In this document: positions 18,485 through 27,180 of the stretch, in pieces | Numbering within the stretch: position 1 is the first letter of the stretch | How the letters are laid out: every line of letters starts with the position of its first letter | Source: Bacillota bacterium | Lineage (GTDB): Bacteria; Bacillota; Negativicutes; JBAXTZ01 | Reading direction: 5' to 3' | Assembly (NCBI GenBank): GCA_037129925.1 | Contig: JBAXTZ010000015.1 | Location: 1-64,000 of the forward strand | Length of the DNA: 64,000 nt | The notes under the pieces: generated by a model | Database searches by the model: none | Told to the model about the DNA's origin: nothing | What the model saw: only the letters and a program-made list of their open reading frames with translations | Program-made: the position numbers and the translations under genes

Positions 18485-19294
18485 TCACTGATTACAATCA
18501 ATTGCTCGTTTCAAATTCCGGGAGTGCGTAATCCGGTCCAACAGCCAACCGTCTGAGTGGCGGATGAAGCGCCACTCTTCTTCAAACCGCGTCGGTGCGG
18601 ATTTGTTGCCGTCGACAACTTCGTTCGTCTCTGTGTCAACGGTGTAGTCAATCATCTCGCCGAGGATGTACGCAGTAAAAGCGCTAATACCGTATTTCGG
18701 ATTGGACACCTTGATAATTTCGCACTTTAGCAGCCTGATATCTTTGAGAATGTTGTGCTCATGCTGATTGTCCATATCGCGGTATGAATCCTGCCATTCT
18801 TCCTGCAGCCGCTCCGTCATGCAATCACGCAGACAACGGTTATCATGTTTCGCCCAGGCATCCTGCGCTTTAAAATAAGTATCGGTCACAACCTCAATCA
18901 GATATTGTTTGTCCCAGTTGATATCGGCTGCTGCATGACGTTGCAGCCGAAAATGACTCCACCTGCTTTGCAGTGGCCGGAGCATTTTGGCAACCGTCTG
19001 GCTAGTGCGGGTTTTGTACCAGATATAAAACGCAACCATCAGAAAAAAGATAATTATGAGCAGATAATCAAATGGCGTCCACGGTCCTGTCGAGCCTCCT
19101 GCGCCACCAGCATGTCCGCCAACAAAACCGCCGCCAAAACCGTGCGACCCACCACCGCCGCCATGTCCACCGCCCCCGCCACCGTGACCACCGCCACCGC
19201 CGCGGGCGAAGACAGACGAAGAACTTATTTTTAAAAAACCCAACAGAACCCAAGCATTAACATAGTATCTGATTGTTTTCATTATTTTCACCAT
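18485..19294 (-). CDS. Tim44-like (NTF2-fold) membrane-anchored protein with a Gly/His-rich segment
   Basis: Signal peptide, then GGGGGHGGGGGGHGGGGGSHGFGGG, one TM helix, and a C-terminal Tim44-like region (WRFIRHSDGWLLDRI). Confidence 0.45.
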   Translation of the reverse strand: MVKIMKTIRYYVNAWVLLGFLKISSSSVFARGGGGGHGGGGGGHGGGGGSHGFGGGFVGGHAGGAGGSTGPWTPFDYLLIIIFFLMVAFYIWYKTRTSQTVAKMLRPLQSRWSHFRLQRHAAADINWDKQYLIEVVTDTYFKAQDAWAKHDNRCLRDCMTERLQEEWQDSYRDMDNQHEHNILKDIRLLKCEIIKVSNPKYGISAFTAYILGEMIDYTVDTETNEVVDGNKSAPTRFEEEWRFIRHSDGWLLDRITHSRNLKRAIDCNQ

Positions 19295-19303
19295 TACATA
19301 ATT

Positions 19304-20566
19304 CTATAGCCCGTAGCGAAGAACGACCAGTAACTGCCATATGCCATCCAACGCTACAAAATTTCTCGACCAATTATCTACTTCCACGCCTATCCCCTCA
19401 AAAACCATTTTGCTGGCTTTGTTCTTGTCAGTATCCATTTTCCAAACCACTCCAACAGATTTTGGATAGAAGAACCCGCAACCGCTGTTGGATGTAATCC
19501 AGCCATTGTTGTTTTGCATGCCGGATGCGGCAAAGCCACCGAGACCAAAGCCAAAATAGGCATCAACATCTCCGATATGTATACCAGCCAACCCCTCAAC
19601 TGCTAATGTGCCCAACACCAAATCTGTAGTTATTTCATTATTGCGAGTTGATGCAATTGTATTAGGGAATAATCCATAAAAAAGTGTCGTATAAAATCCT
19701 GCTGTAGCGCGGGCACCAGCATAAAAACCGGGAGCGAGTTCAGTTTCATGGACCAAACCAACACGCACTCCCGCAGGCAAAGGATCAAAACCAACCTCAA
19801 GATAGTTGACGGATGCTTTGCTTTTCGGATCGGTTTTTGCTATTACTTTCTTGTCATCAGTCGACAAAATAGATTCTACTACAGCCAGTTTGGTTTGAGC
19901 TTCTGTTGATTCAGGATTTATTTTCAACACCGACTTATAATCAGCACTGGCTTTTTCGTATTCCCACAGACCATATTCGGCATTGGCTTTTTCCAGCAAC
20001 GCACCTGGCGCGCGCGGGTCTATTTTCAGCGCATCTTCGCAATCTGTCAATGCTTCCGAATACTGCAATAGCAGATTATGTAACCGGGCAAGTTTGATAT
20101 AGGCTTGAGCGTTGGTTTTATCAGCAGCGACAATGACATAAAAGTCTCCCAGCGCAACATAATATTTTTTCATTTCCATATAAGTACAACCGCGATAATA
20201 GCGTGCGTCGTTATTTGCGCCATCTTTCGCAAGCAACATAGAAAAATCTTTTATTGCTGAATCATATTCGCCCAACCAGTAATAAGCTTGTCCGCGGATG
20301 TTCAGCGCTTGAATATTACTAGCATCAATTGCCAAAATGCGATCAGCGAAATTTATCGCGTGACGATAGTTTCCTGCCACTATATTGTCGCGTGCATTTT
20401 CGCAATATTGTGCAATTTTGTTCTGTTGCTCCACAGCATCAATCGTATTGCCGTTTTCGGACACAAAAGCATGATTGGAAAATATTATCAAACATAATGC
20501 CAGTAATATACATGTTCGCAACATACTACCTCCAGAGCCGTCTATCTTCATGATATTGCCAACCAT
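19304..20566 (-). CDS. Secreted TPR-repeat protein
   Basis: 420 aa with a signal peptide and multiple TPR units (AQAYIKLARLHN, YYRGCTYMEMKKYYVALGDF). Confidence 0.6.
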   Translation of the reverse strand: MVGNIMKIDGSGGSMLRTCILLALCLIIFSNHAFVSENGNTIDAVEQQNKIAQYCENARDNIVAGNYRHAINFADRILAIDASNIQALNIRGQAYYWLGEYDSAIKDFSMLLAKDGANNDARYYRGCTYMEMKKYYVALGDFYVIVAADKTNAQAYIKLARLHNLLLQYSEALTDCEDALKIDPRAPGALLEKANAEYGLWEYEKASADYKSVLKINPESTEAQTKLAVVESILSTDDKKVIAKTDPKSKASVNYLEVGFDPLPAGVRVGLVHETELAPGFYAGARATAGFYTTLFYGLFPNTIASTRNNEITTDLVLGTLAVEGLAGIHIGDVDAYFGFGLGGFAASGMQNNNGWITSNSGCGFFYPKSVGVVWKMDTDKNKASKMVFEGIGVEVDNWSRNFVALDGIWQLLVVLRYGL

Positions 20567-20589
20567 TTATTTTTTGTTAGCTTCCGAAG

Positions 20590-22074
20590 CTACATTTCGT
20601 CCCGGTTATTCGCGTCCCGACAAAGATACTTCTTCCACACCGCAAAAACGAGTAAAACCGATGCTACCATCACTAAATCGCTACGCCAACCAGAAACATC
20701 CAGAAAGTATTCCTTTGTTTGTGTTCTGTCCAAAATCGCGAGCGCTTGCGAAAAATTCCAGCCAAACGCTATTCCGATAGCAGCCGCTAGATGCTTGGTC
20801 TTAAATACAGCAAGCACAATAAACATTGCAAATAAATACTGACCAATCCAATCTAATACAGTGTAATAATCAGAGAAGCAAACATTTAAAATCATAAAAA
20901 ATGACGCTACTATGAATGCCGCGCCGTACTTACTAAAGCCTTTTCGCTGAATGCTTGCAACGAAAGAAAACATCCCAATGCCTACAAGAATCGAAGCGGA
21001 CAAATAATAAATAAACGAAAGGCCAAAATATTTCCAGAAATTCACGCCGCTGTAATCAGGAAGATGCGTACTGCTAACAAACGCTAATCTTCCAAGAAAA
21101 CTAAGTGCAAAGACGGCAAATCCTAATAACGTGTATATCAGTAATATTCTCCACGCCCTTTTATTGTCGAAAAACACATAGCTTGGGCTACCGTTCTGAC
21201 GGTGCTCAAACCACATTACACAAATAACGCCACCAGCTATCGCAAACCAGTTCTCACCTAACATCCTAAACAAAGCCAAATATTCCACAGAAGTTTTGCT
21301 GAATTTCAGAACGTCAAAAGTGACTTTTTTTAATCCGAACAGTGAAAAGATCAGACTCACTGCAATACTTATAACAGAAAAAATGACGATAAATAACAGA
21401 CTTTTGCCAATCGCTTTTAATGCAGCCCGGTTATTCTTTTCTGGAACTGCAACCAGCTCATCCTTTGTTGACACTTCAACAGTGTTTTTGCTTATTGCAG
21501 TTTGAACCGAGTTGTTTTGTTCTTCTTCAAATGCTATTTGATTTTTGATTTCTTTTGCCAGTCTGTCATAGACTAAACTAGCCTTTATTCCCTTATAATA
21601 GCAGTAGACAATAAAAAAGATAATAGTAATCTGAATCCAAATTAGTCCGGAGGTCGCGGCAGTTAATCCGGCCAACAACACAATGAACACCAATAACGAC
21701 AGGAACAATGCGGTTTGATATTTGCGATATATACCCCACCCCAGTATCAAAAAAATCAACCCAACCACTATATCGAACATTTGTCCATCACAGTCGTAAA
21801 CAAACCACCAGGCAAGAAACCAATTCATCCAAGCTAAACTCTTCAACTTTGCAATCGCTTCTTTGAGCTGCGCTTTCTTATTCGAACCAAGAATTCGCGC
21901 TTCGGAGTAATCAATCTCCTGACCGCAGCGAACACAGTATATCGCTTGCTGATTTTTTGGTTTTCTGGTTCTTCTATACTCAGAATAAGCAAAAGCAAAA
22001 TAAATCAATGCCGTCACGGCGGCAAAATAATAGCCAGTCACTATGTCCACAATAATTATTCCGACGGCAAACAT
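20590..22074 (-). CDS. Polytopic membrane protein, paralog-family member (distal part; probably one gene with the 22056..22502 ORF)
   Basis: 494 aa. It contains the family motif AIYCVRCGQEIDYSEARILGS about 45 aa from its N-terminus. It overlaps the upstream ORF by 19 nt in a different frame. Confidence 0.5.
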   Translation of the reverse strand: MFAVGIIIVDIVTGYYFAAVTALIYFAFAYSEYRRTRKPKNQQAIYCVRCGQEIDYSEARILGSNKKAQLKEAIAKLKSLAWMNWFLAWWFVYDCDGQMFDIVVGLIFLILGWGIYRKYQTALFLSLLVFIVLLAGLTAATSGLIWIQITIIFFIVYCYYKGIKASLVYDRLAKEIKNQIAFEEEQNNSVQTAISKNTVEVSTKDELVAVPEKNNRAALKAIGKSLLFIVIFSVISIAVSLIFSLFGLKKVTFDVLKFSKTSVEYLALFRMLGENWFAIAGGVICVMWFEHRQNGSPSYVFFDNKRAWRILLIYTLLGFAVFALSFLGRLAFVSSTHLPDYSGVNFWKYFGLSFIYYLSASILVGIGMFSFVASIQRKGFSKYGAAFIVASFFMILNVCFSDYYTVLDWIGQYLFAMFIVLAVFKTKHLAAAIGIAFGWNFSQALAILDRTQTKEYFLDVSGWRSDLVMVASVLLVFAVWKKYLCRDANNRDEM

Positions 22075-22502
22075 TGAAAACAGAACGCAGGCCTCAGAAT
22101 ATTGAATTTTTTATGAAATGCTCCGGCTTTTCGAAACAGCCGTTCACTGACCACCACATTATGATGCTGCAAATCTGCAGTCACACAGTCTTTGCAATAC
22201 ATCAGTAACTCATGCTCAGGATGTTTAAACCTCGAATTAATAAGTATTCCTAGCAAATATACTACACATAGTGTGGTAGCAATGATATTTTTAAATATTA
22301 TCGGTGCGATCACAGCAAACATCGCCAATAGCTCCAACATAATGGTCAACAGCCAATGTTCGGAACTGCAGCTGATTATTTTTAATACACCGTTCGTCGC
22401 CACCGCATTGCAAAAATCATGGCTGGCTGTCATATCGTTGCCGCATTTCTCACAATATAGTGAATTAGAATCAACAACACAGCCGCATTTTATGCAATAC
22501 AC
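22056..22502 (-). CDS. Zinc-ribbon membrane protein, paralog-family member (proximal part)
   Basis: 148 aa. It carries MYCIKCGCVVDSNSLYCEKCGNDMTASHDF, two TM helices and a CKDC motif, co-linear with the first 150 aa of the 15450..17669 protein. Confidence 0.6.
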   Translation of the reverse strand: MYCIKCGCVVDSNSLYCEKCGNDMTASHDFCNAVATNGVLKIISCSSEHWLLTIMLELLAMFAVIAPIIFKNIIATTLCVVYLLGILINSRFKHPEHELLMYCKDCVTADLQHHNVVVSERLFRKAGAFHKKFNILRPAFCFQCLPSE

Positions 22503-22529
22503 GCTTCTCTCCTTTAGCTTGTCATACGA

Positions 22530-22640
22530 TTATTTCTTTTCATCTACAACCGGCGCAGCAATTTCCTTCACGCCCGATTTCTTATCCATCAACGTCGAAA
22601 TATACGCCGTCAGCATACCAATGCCACCGTTGTCGTGCTC
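22530..22640 (-). pseudogene. Remnant of an SPFH/flotillin gene 3' end (duplicate of 27181..27290)
   Basis: About 90% nucleotide identity to the 3' end of the SPFH gene. It would encode ...NGGIGMLTAYISTLMDKKSGVKEIAAPVVDEKK*, versus ...GGMGMLTAYISTLMDKKSGATEIVAPVMDEKK* in the intact gene. Confidence 0.7.
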
Positions 22641-22745
22641 CTAAATCTTCCTTAAATTCCGGATTTAAGTACCTTGAGAGAAAACTTCTGGCAATTCTCC
22701 GCTATCGCTTTGGCCGCATCAGAATCATAAAGTTCGTTATTAATT

Positions 22746-23882
22746 TCATTTAACCAAAAAATCATACCAATTTTTGCGATCAATACATACTACATTCGCA
22801 TTTTCGTAAGCATCCAGAAACTCTTGCGGCGCACGGAACGCCCGCGATGGTGCGCTCCACTTGAATTCATAGCCGTGTAGTTGCCCGTCACGTTCTTCGA
22901 TATAATCAATCTCTTTGCCGGCATGGGTGCGCCAGAAATAACTGTTAACCAAATAATTACAGTTGATGTTGCGTTTCATCCGCTCGGCGATACAGAAATT
23001 TTCCCATAGCGCGCCTTTATCATTGCGCAGTTCCGGCGGCGCAAAATTCTGAATCAGGCTGTTTCGCACGCCGATATCATAGAAGTAAATTTTCTTTTTG
23101 CGACTCAGTTCATTGCGCAGATTTCTTGAAAACGGCGACAAGCGGAAAATCACAAAACACTTTTCCAACAAATCGATATAGTTTTCAACAATAGTCTTGG
23201 AAACTCCCAGCAAACCGCAAAGCTCATTGACCGAAACCTCGCTGCCAATTTGCAGTGCTAGCGCTTGTAATAATTTTAACAGGATTTCCGGCCGCCTGAC
23301 CCGTTCGTGTTCCAATACATCTTTGTATAAATAACCGCCGGTCAATTCATCCAACTCCTGCCGCGCTTCATCATCGCTGCTGGTAAATATTTGCGGATAA
23401 AAGCCAAAGCGCATTATTTTGTCACTCACAGCTTCAAACGGTAATATTTGCACCTGACTCTCAATTTCAGCCAGAGCCAGCGGCGGCAACAAAAAGTGTC
23501 GCGCCCTGCCGGTAAGCGGTTCGCCGGTTTTATTCGCCAGGTCGAAGCTGGACGAACCAGTTGCAATAACCTGAATATCTGGCAGTTCATCCGCGATGAT
23601 CTTCAAAATCATCCCGATGTTTTCTACCCGCTGCGCTTCATCAAGAACAATCAGCCGGTAGTTCCCCAAATAATCCCGCAGTGTTTCTTTATTCTGATTA
23701 GCAAGCGCAATCTGGTTCGGCAATAGGTCACAGTTGATATAACGGCTGGTGCCTGGATGTTTGGCGAGAATCGACTTGACAAGTGTGGTTTTCCCCACGC
23801 GCCGCGCACCAAACAGCACTACAACGCGGCCTTTGAATAATTGTTTCTCAATCTGAACGCCAAGCAATCTTTCAAAAAACAT
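22746..23882 (-). CDS. AAA ATPase, AAA_14 + DUF4143 family
   Basis: 378 aa. It has a Walker A (GARRVGKTT) and Walker B (LIVLDEAQ), and a C-terminal DUF4143-like region. Confidence 0.7.
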   Translation of the reverse strand: MFFERLLGVQIEKQLFKGRVVVLFGARRVGKTTLVKSILAKHPGTSRYINCDLLPNQIALANQNKETLRDYLGNYRLIVLDEAQRVENIGMILKIIADELPDIQVIATGSSSFDLANKTGEPLTGRARHFLLPPLALAEIESQVQILPFEAVSDKIMRFGFYPQIFTSSDDEARQELDELTGGYLYKDVLEHERVRRPEILLKLLQALALQIGSEVSVNELCGLLGVSKTIVENYIDLLEKCFVIFRLSPFSRNLRNELSRKKKIYFYDIGVRNSLIQNFAPPELRNDKGALWENFCIAERMKRNINCNYLVNSYFWRTHAGKEIDYIEERDGQLHGYEFKWSAPSRAFRAPQEFLDAYENANVVCIDRKNWYDFLVK

Positions 23883-23980
23883 TTGTCTTTCTCCGATATT
23901 ATGTCAAATTTGGGATTTATACATCCCGAATTCATTATAATTTAGATCGTTTGATTGTTCAAACAAAATCGCCTGACGGA

Positions 23981-24049
23981 TTACCACCACCGTCGCATTG
24001 CAAAAATCACGGCTGGCGGCTGGTCATTGCCGCATTTCAAGCAATACAT
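23981..24049 (-). pseudogene. 22-aa remnant of a zinc-ribbon family gene 5' end
   Basis: The minus strand reads MYCLKCGNDQPPAVIFAMRRWW*. Its nucleotide sequence matches the conserved 5' ends of the zinc-ribbon paralogs, with an internal deletion fusing the first CxxC to the CGND half-site. Confidence 0.55.
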
Positions 24050-24152
24050 ACAATCTCCATAATTTGATTTGCGTCGCCAACACTTATTTCAAGCTTTCTT
24101 CAGGTAGAACCATAAATTTCCCGCCCGCTTCAAGGTGGTTTTCCAGAAACCA

Positions 24153-25262
24153 TCAAATCTCTTTATCGATAATTATTTTTCGATAGACATCTCGCTTTAG
24201 ATTTTTGTATCGAGCATAAGACTTTAATCCTCGCACATAGGTCAAAACAATAACTGCCTTTAGAAAGATTACACTATTAAAAATATAAACAATGCCGGTC
24301 GCTTTGACCATTACCCAAGCATAAAAAATAACCATAACCAACGAAACTATCATTGCTATTCGGGAAAACTTGGATATTCTCCAAGCTAGCAAACCGAAAA
24401 GTAACGCAGTCACTAATTCAACGACTCTCAGCTGCTCCCCTGATATTAACGCGTAAAACATGAATGCCACATTGAATAGAGCTAAAATCTTCATGTTCCA
24501 CGCTTCATACATACTACTATCCAGTTTGTCTGGATCAATGTATTCAAGACCTTCAAGCGTCACAAATCGACCGCAGGCACAACAATGAGTCGCAACCGCA
24601 TCCTTTTGTATCCGTTGTAATTTTTGACGCTCCAGAGCTTTGAAAGTGGTCAGCATGTTCTTATTATCAAATACCAAATACATCATCAGTAATAAACATG
24701 GTGCATACAATGATAAACTTTGCAAGCTGAAAAGGCTGTCGTAACGCCAGCCATATTTCAAGTTTTCATAAAAAAAATCAAACATTACGACAAAGACTAT
24801 CACCAAATATTCTAAATTGCTTTTGTATGAATATAAATTGTCGTAATACCATTCAACATATTTTTTCTCAACATTAATAATATTTTTTGCCACAGCCCCG
24901 CTCAATTTGCTTTTAAAACAATCCGGGCAGACCATCAGCGGCTCTTGAAACCTTAGTTTTCCACGCGATACAACCGCCAGCAATATCACCAAATACACGG
25001 TTAGGAGTATCGAAAGATAAACATTGATATAACACCAATTCAGAATCAATGCGCCAATTGCGCTGAAAATAATCCATTTCTTTTCAGCACTCTTATGCTT
25101 TACAGTAGTGTACATTTCACTTGGCGTTGAAATCAGAAATTTTTCCAGGCATCGCTTAGCGACTCGCAAATCGGTTCCGCACTGAACACAATTAATTGCT
25201 TCAACTGAATTTTCACTTCCACATTCAGGACAATACATACCGCACCTCATCAAACTTGTCAA
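24153..25262 (-). CDS. Zinc-ribbon polytopic membrane protein (paralog family)
   Basis: 369 aa. It carries MYCPECGSENSVEAINCVQCGTDL, a CPDC motif and CCACGRFVTLEGLEYIDPD between TM helices. Confidence 0.6.
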   Translation of the reverse strand: MTSLMRCGMYCPECGSENSVEAINCVQCGTDLRVAKRCLEKFLISTPSEMYTTVKHKSAEKKWIIFSAIGALILNWCYINVYLSILLTVYLVILLAVVSRGKLRFQEPLMVCPDCFKSKLSGAVAKNIINVEKKYVEWYYDNLYSYKSNLEYLVIVFVVMFDFFYENLKYGWRYDSLFSLQSLSLYAPCLLLMMYLVFDNKNMLTTFKALERQKLQRIQKDAVATHCCACGRFVTLEGLEYIDPDKLDSSMYEAWNMKILALFNVAFMFYALISGEQLRVVELVTALLFGLLAWRISKFSRIAMIVSLVMVIFYAWVMVKATGIVYIFNSVIFLKAVIVLTYVRGLKSYARYKNLKRDVYRKIIIDKEI

Positions 25263-25280
25263 CTCTGGCTGTCCATAACA

Positions 25281-27155
25281 TTACCCGTTCTCTGACGCAT
25301 TGATCTTTTTAATCCGCCCAGCTGCCTGCCATGCAACCGAGTACACCGTAATCGGAATAAGAAACAGCGCCAACTCCAGATAATATTCTGGATGATGTAT
25401 TATTATTCCGATGTCGAAATAATCACGGACAAACGTGTACGCAAGGAAGGCAGCCGAAGCTACAACACAAATCCTCATTCTGCGACAGATTCCAAACGCC
25501 GCCACTAAAAACAACGCTGCAACCAGATAATAGAAGTCGAATATTCCCACACGCTCATAGACTGCCGCAACAATATACCACGTCGCATATACCACGTTGA
25601 ACAGTATCGCCGGTATCAGCAACTGTTTGTTTTGCCGGAATTGCAGTTCATGTTGCTCTGATTCGGTTAATTGCGGAAACAACAGCTTATATTCTAGTAG
25701 TGCCTTGATGGCAGCTATCCCCGCGACCGCTCCTATCGCCGTGAATGCAACACCGAAGATTAAAGCTTTTGGATGAAAGACCTGAATCGATCCAACAAGC
25801 AGGATTAAATAAGTTGGTAATAGCGCGTATGCGCTTAATTTGCTTTTCTGCAACAAGCCAATATTTGTAATCATCAACAAACTTACAGCAAAGAAAAATA
25901 AGGTGTCCGAAAACTGCCTGCTCCAGAAATACATCAAGCAGGCGCAAACGGTGAGAATGAAATAATTTATCCGGACAGTTTTTTCGACATCCCTTGAACA
26001 ACGAGTTGCTTTACTGTAAACACTGTCAATGGCGTTTTCTCTAGTGCTTCCCATGGCGCTCTTTGCGTTCCCGCTATACCATAACGCTTTGATCGCCCGA
26101 TAGTAGCCAACAGCCATAGCAACTGTCAACGATAGTTCCAATGGCAGGTTTCCTTTTATTGCAAAACTTACCGCCATCAATAAAAATATAATCAAGAATA
26201 CAACCGCGGAAATAGCAACACAAACCCGCTTACGGCGATAAATACCAAAACCGCAAGCGGCGATTATTGCAGCAATACCAATTTCCAGAATATCAACCTT
26301 TACGAAGACCGACAGTAATATCCATACAGCTATGCCCCAGTGTGCATAAGCCAAAAATCGCGTCTCGTTGCCTTTTTCGGAATCATCCGTTTCGCTCGCA
26401 CCATCAACTTCTGTTTCCTCTGTTTCTTGAATGTCGTCAATTCCTGATTCTTTCTTTTTGCGCTCGATGCTGCTTTCCAAATCGTTCAGTTTGCAAAGAC
26501 TACCCGCTTCCGAATAATCTGCTGGCATACCGCACTTCATACAGTATAGCGCGAGCATCTCTTCATATCTTTTGGAGTTTTTCCGATATAAATACAGATA
26601 CGCAAAAAACAACAGCCCCGGCAACGCGTCTAAAAAGTATTCTTCTATAAAAAGTGTTATGATTGGCAAGTGATTATAAAAATATGTGGTTACAATAATC
26701 ACAAATACTATTGGCAGAATAATTCCCAAAATTGACACATTGCCGCTGCACTTCGAATACAAATTGCGCCAGTCGCTCAGGTTTGATGCGATGTCGCTAT
26801 TCGCGACACCGCATCTTTTCAATTCGACCACAGCACAGTTCGGACATAATAGAAGCGGATAGTATCCCGGCAATTTGTTCAAAACGGCGAGAAACGCCAA
26901 AACCAACATGCCAAGACAATAGCACAACGACACAATTTCGTTGTGTGCTAACCAGGGAACGATTACCGCCGAGGCTGCGATTGCCACCACCACTAATCTT
27001 GTTGTGCAGTTTTTTTTGTTTACGCGCAACATATCTGCAACATTAACTGAATCCGCTGTCTCATAGTATGTACGCTGTTCAGCCAATGCATAGCCGCACT
27101 TCGAACAACTAAGACTCATATAGCTGGTGCTAGCGCCGCATTTTATGCAATACAT
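25281..27155 (-). CDS. Zinc-ribbon polytopic membrane protein, apparent full-length family member
   Basis: 624 aa. It carries MYCIKCGASTSYMSLSCSKCGYAL, CPNC and YCMKCGMPADYSEAGS motifs and an acidic loop (ETEETEVDGASETDDSE). Its C-terminal module is homologous to the separate 15009..15401 ORF. Confidence 0.65.
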   Translation of the reverse strand: MYCIKCGASTSYMSLSCSKCGYALAEQRTYYETADSVNVADMLRVNKKNCTTRLVVVAIAASAVIVPWLAHNEIVSLCYCLGMLVLAFLAVLNKLPGYYPLLLCPNCAVVELKRCGVANSDIASNLSDWRNLYSKCSGNVSILGIILPIVFVIIVTTYFYNHLPIITLFIEEYFLDALPGLLFFAYLYLYRKNSKRYEEMLALYCMKCGMPADYSEAGSLCKLNDLESSIERKKKESGIDDIQETEETEVDGASETDDSEKGNETRFLAYAHWGIAVWILLSVFVKVDILEIGIAAIIAACGFGIYRRKRVCVAISAVVFLIIFLLMAVSFAIKGNLPLELSLTVAMAVGYYRAIKALWYSGNAKSAMGSTRENAIDSVYSKATRCSRDVEKTVRINYFILTVCACLMYFWSRQFSDTLFFFAVSLLMITNIGLLQKSKLSAYALLPTYLILLVGSIQVFHPKALIFGVAFTAIGAVAGIAAIKALLEYKLLFPQLTESEQHELQFRQNKQLLIPAILFNVVYATWYIVAAVYERVGIFDFYYLVAALFLVAAFGICRRMRICVVASAAFLAYTFVRDYFDIGIIIHHPEYYLELALFLIPITVYSVAWQAAGRIKKINASENG

Positions 27156-27180
27156 TTTTCCTCACACCATCCGAATCAGA

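Noticed and set aside
19068-19260. Arg/Trp-rich small ORFs (19068..19253 minus, 19072..19260 plus) that look like highly basic peptides
   Set aside because: They are out-of-frame translations of the GGC/CAC-rich DNA that encodes the Gly/His repeat of the 18485..19294 protein.
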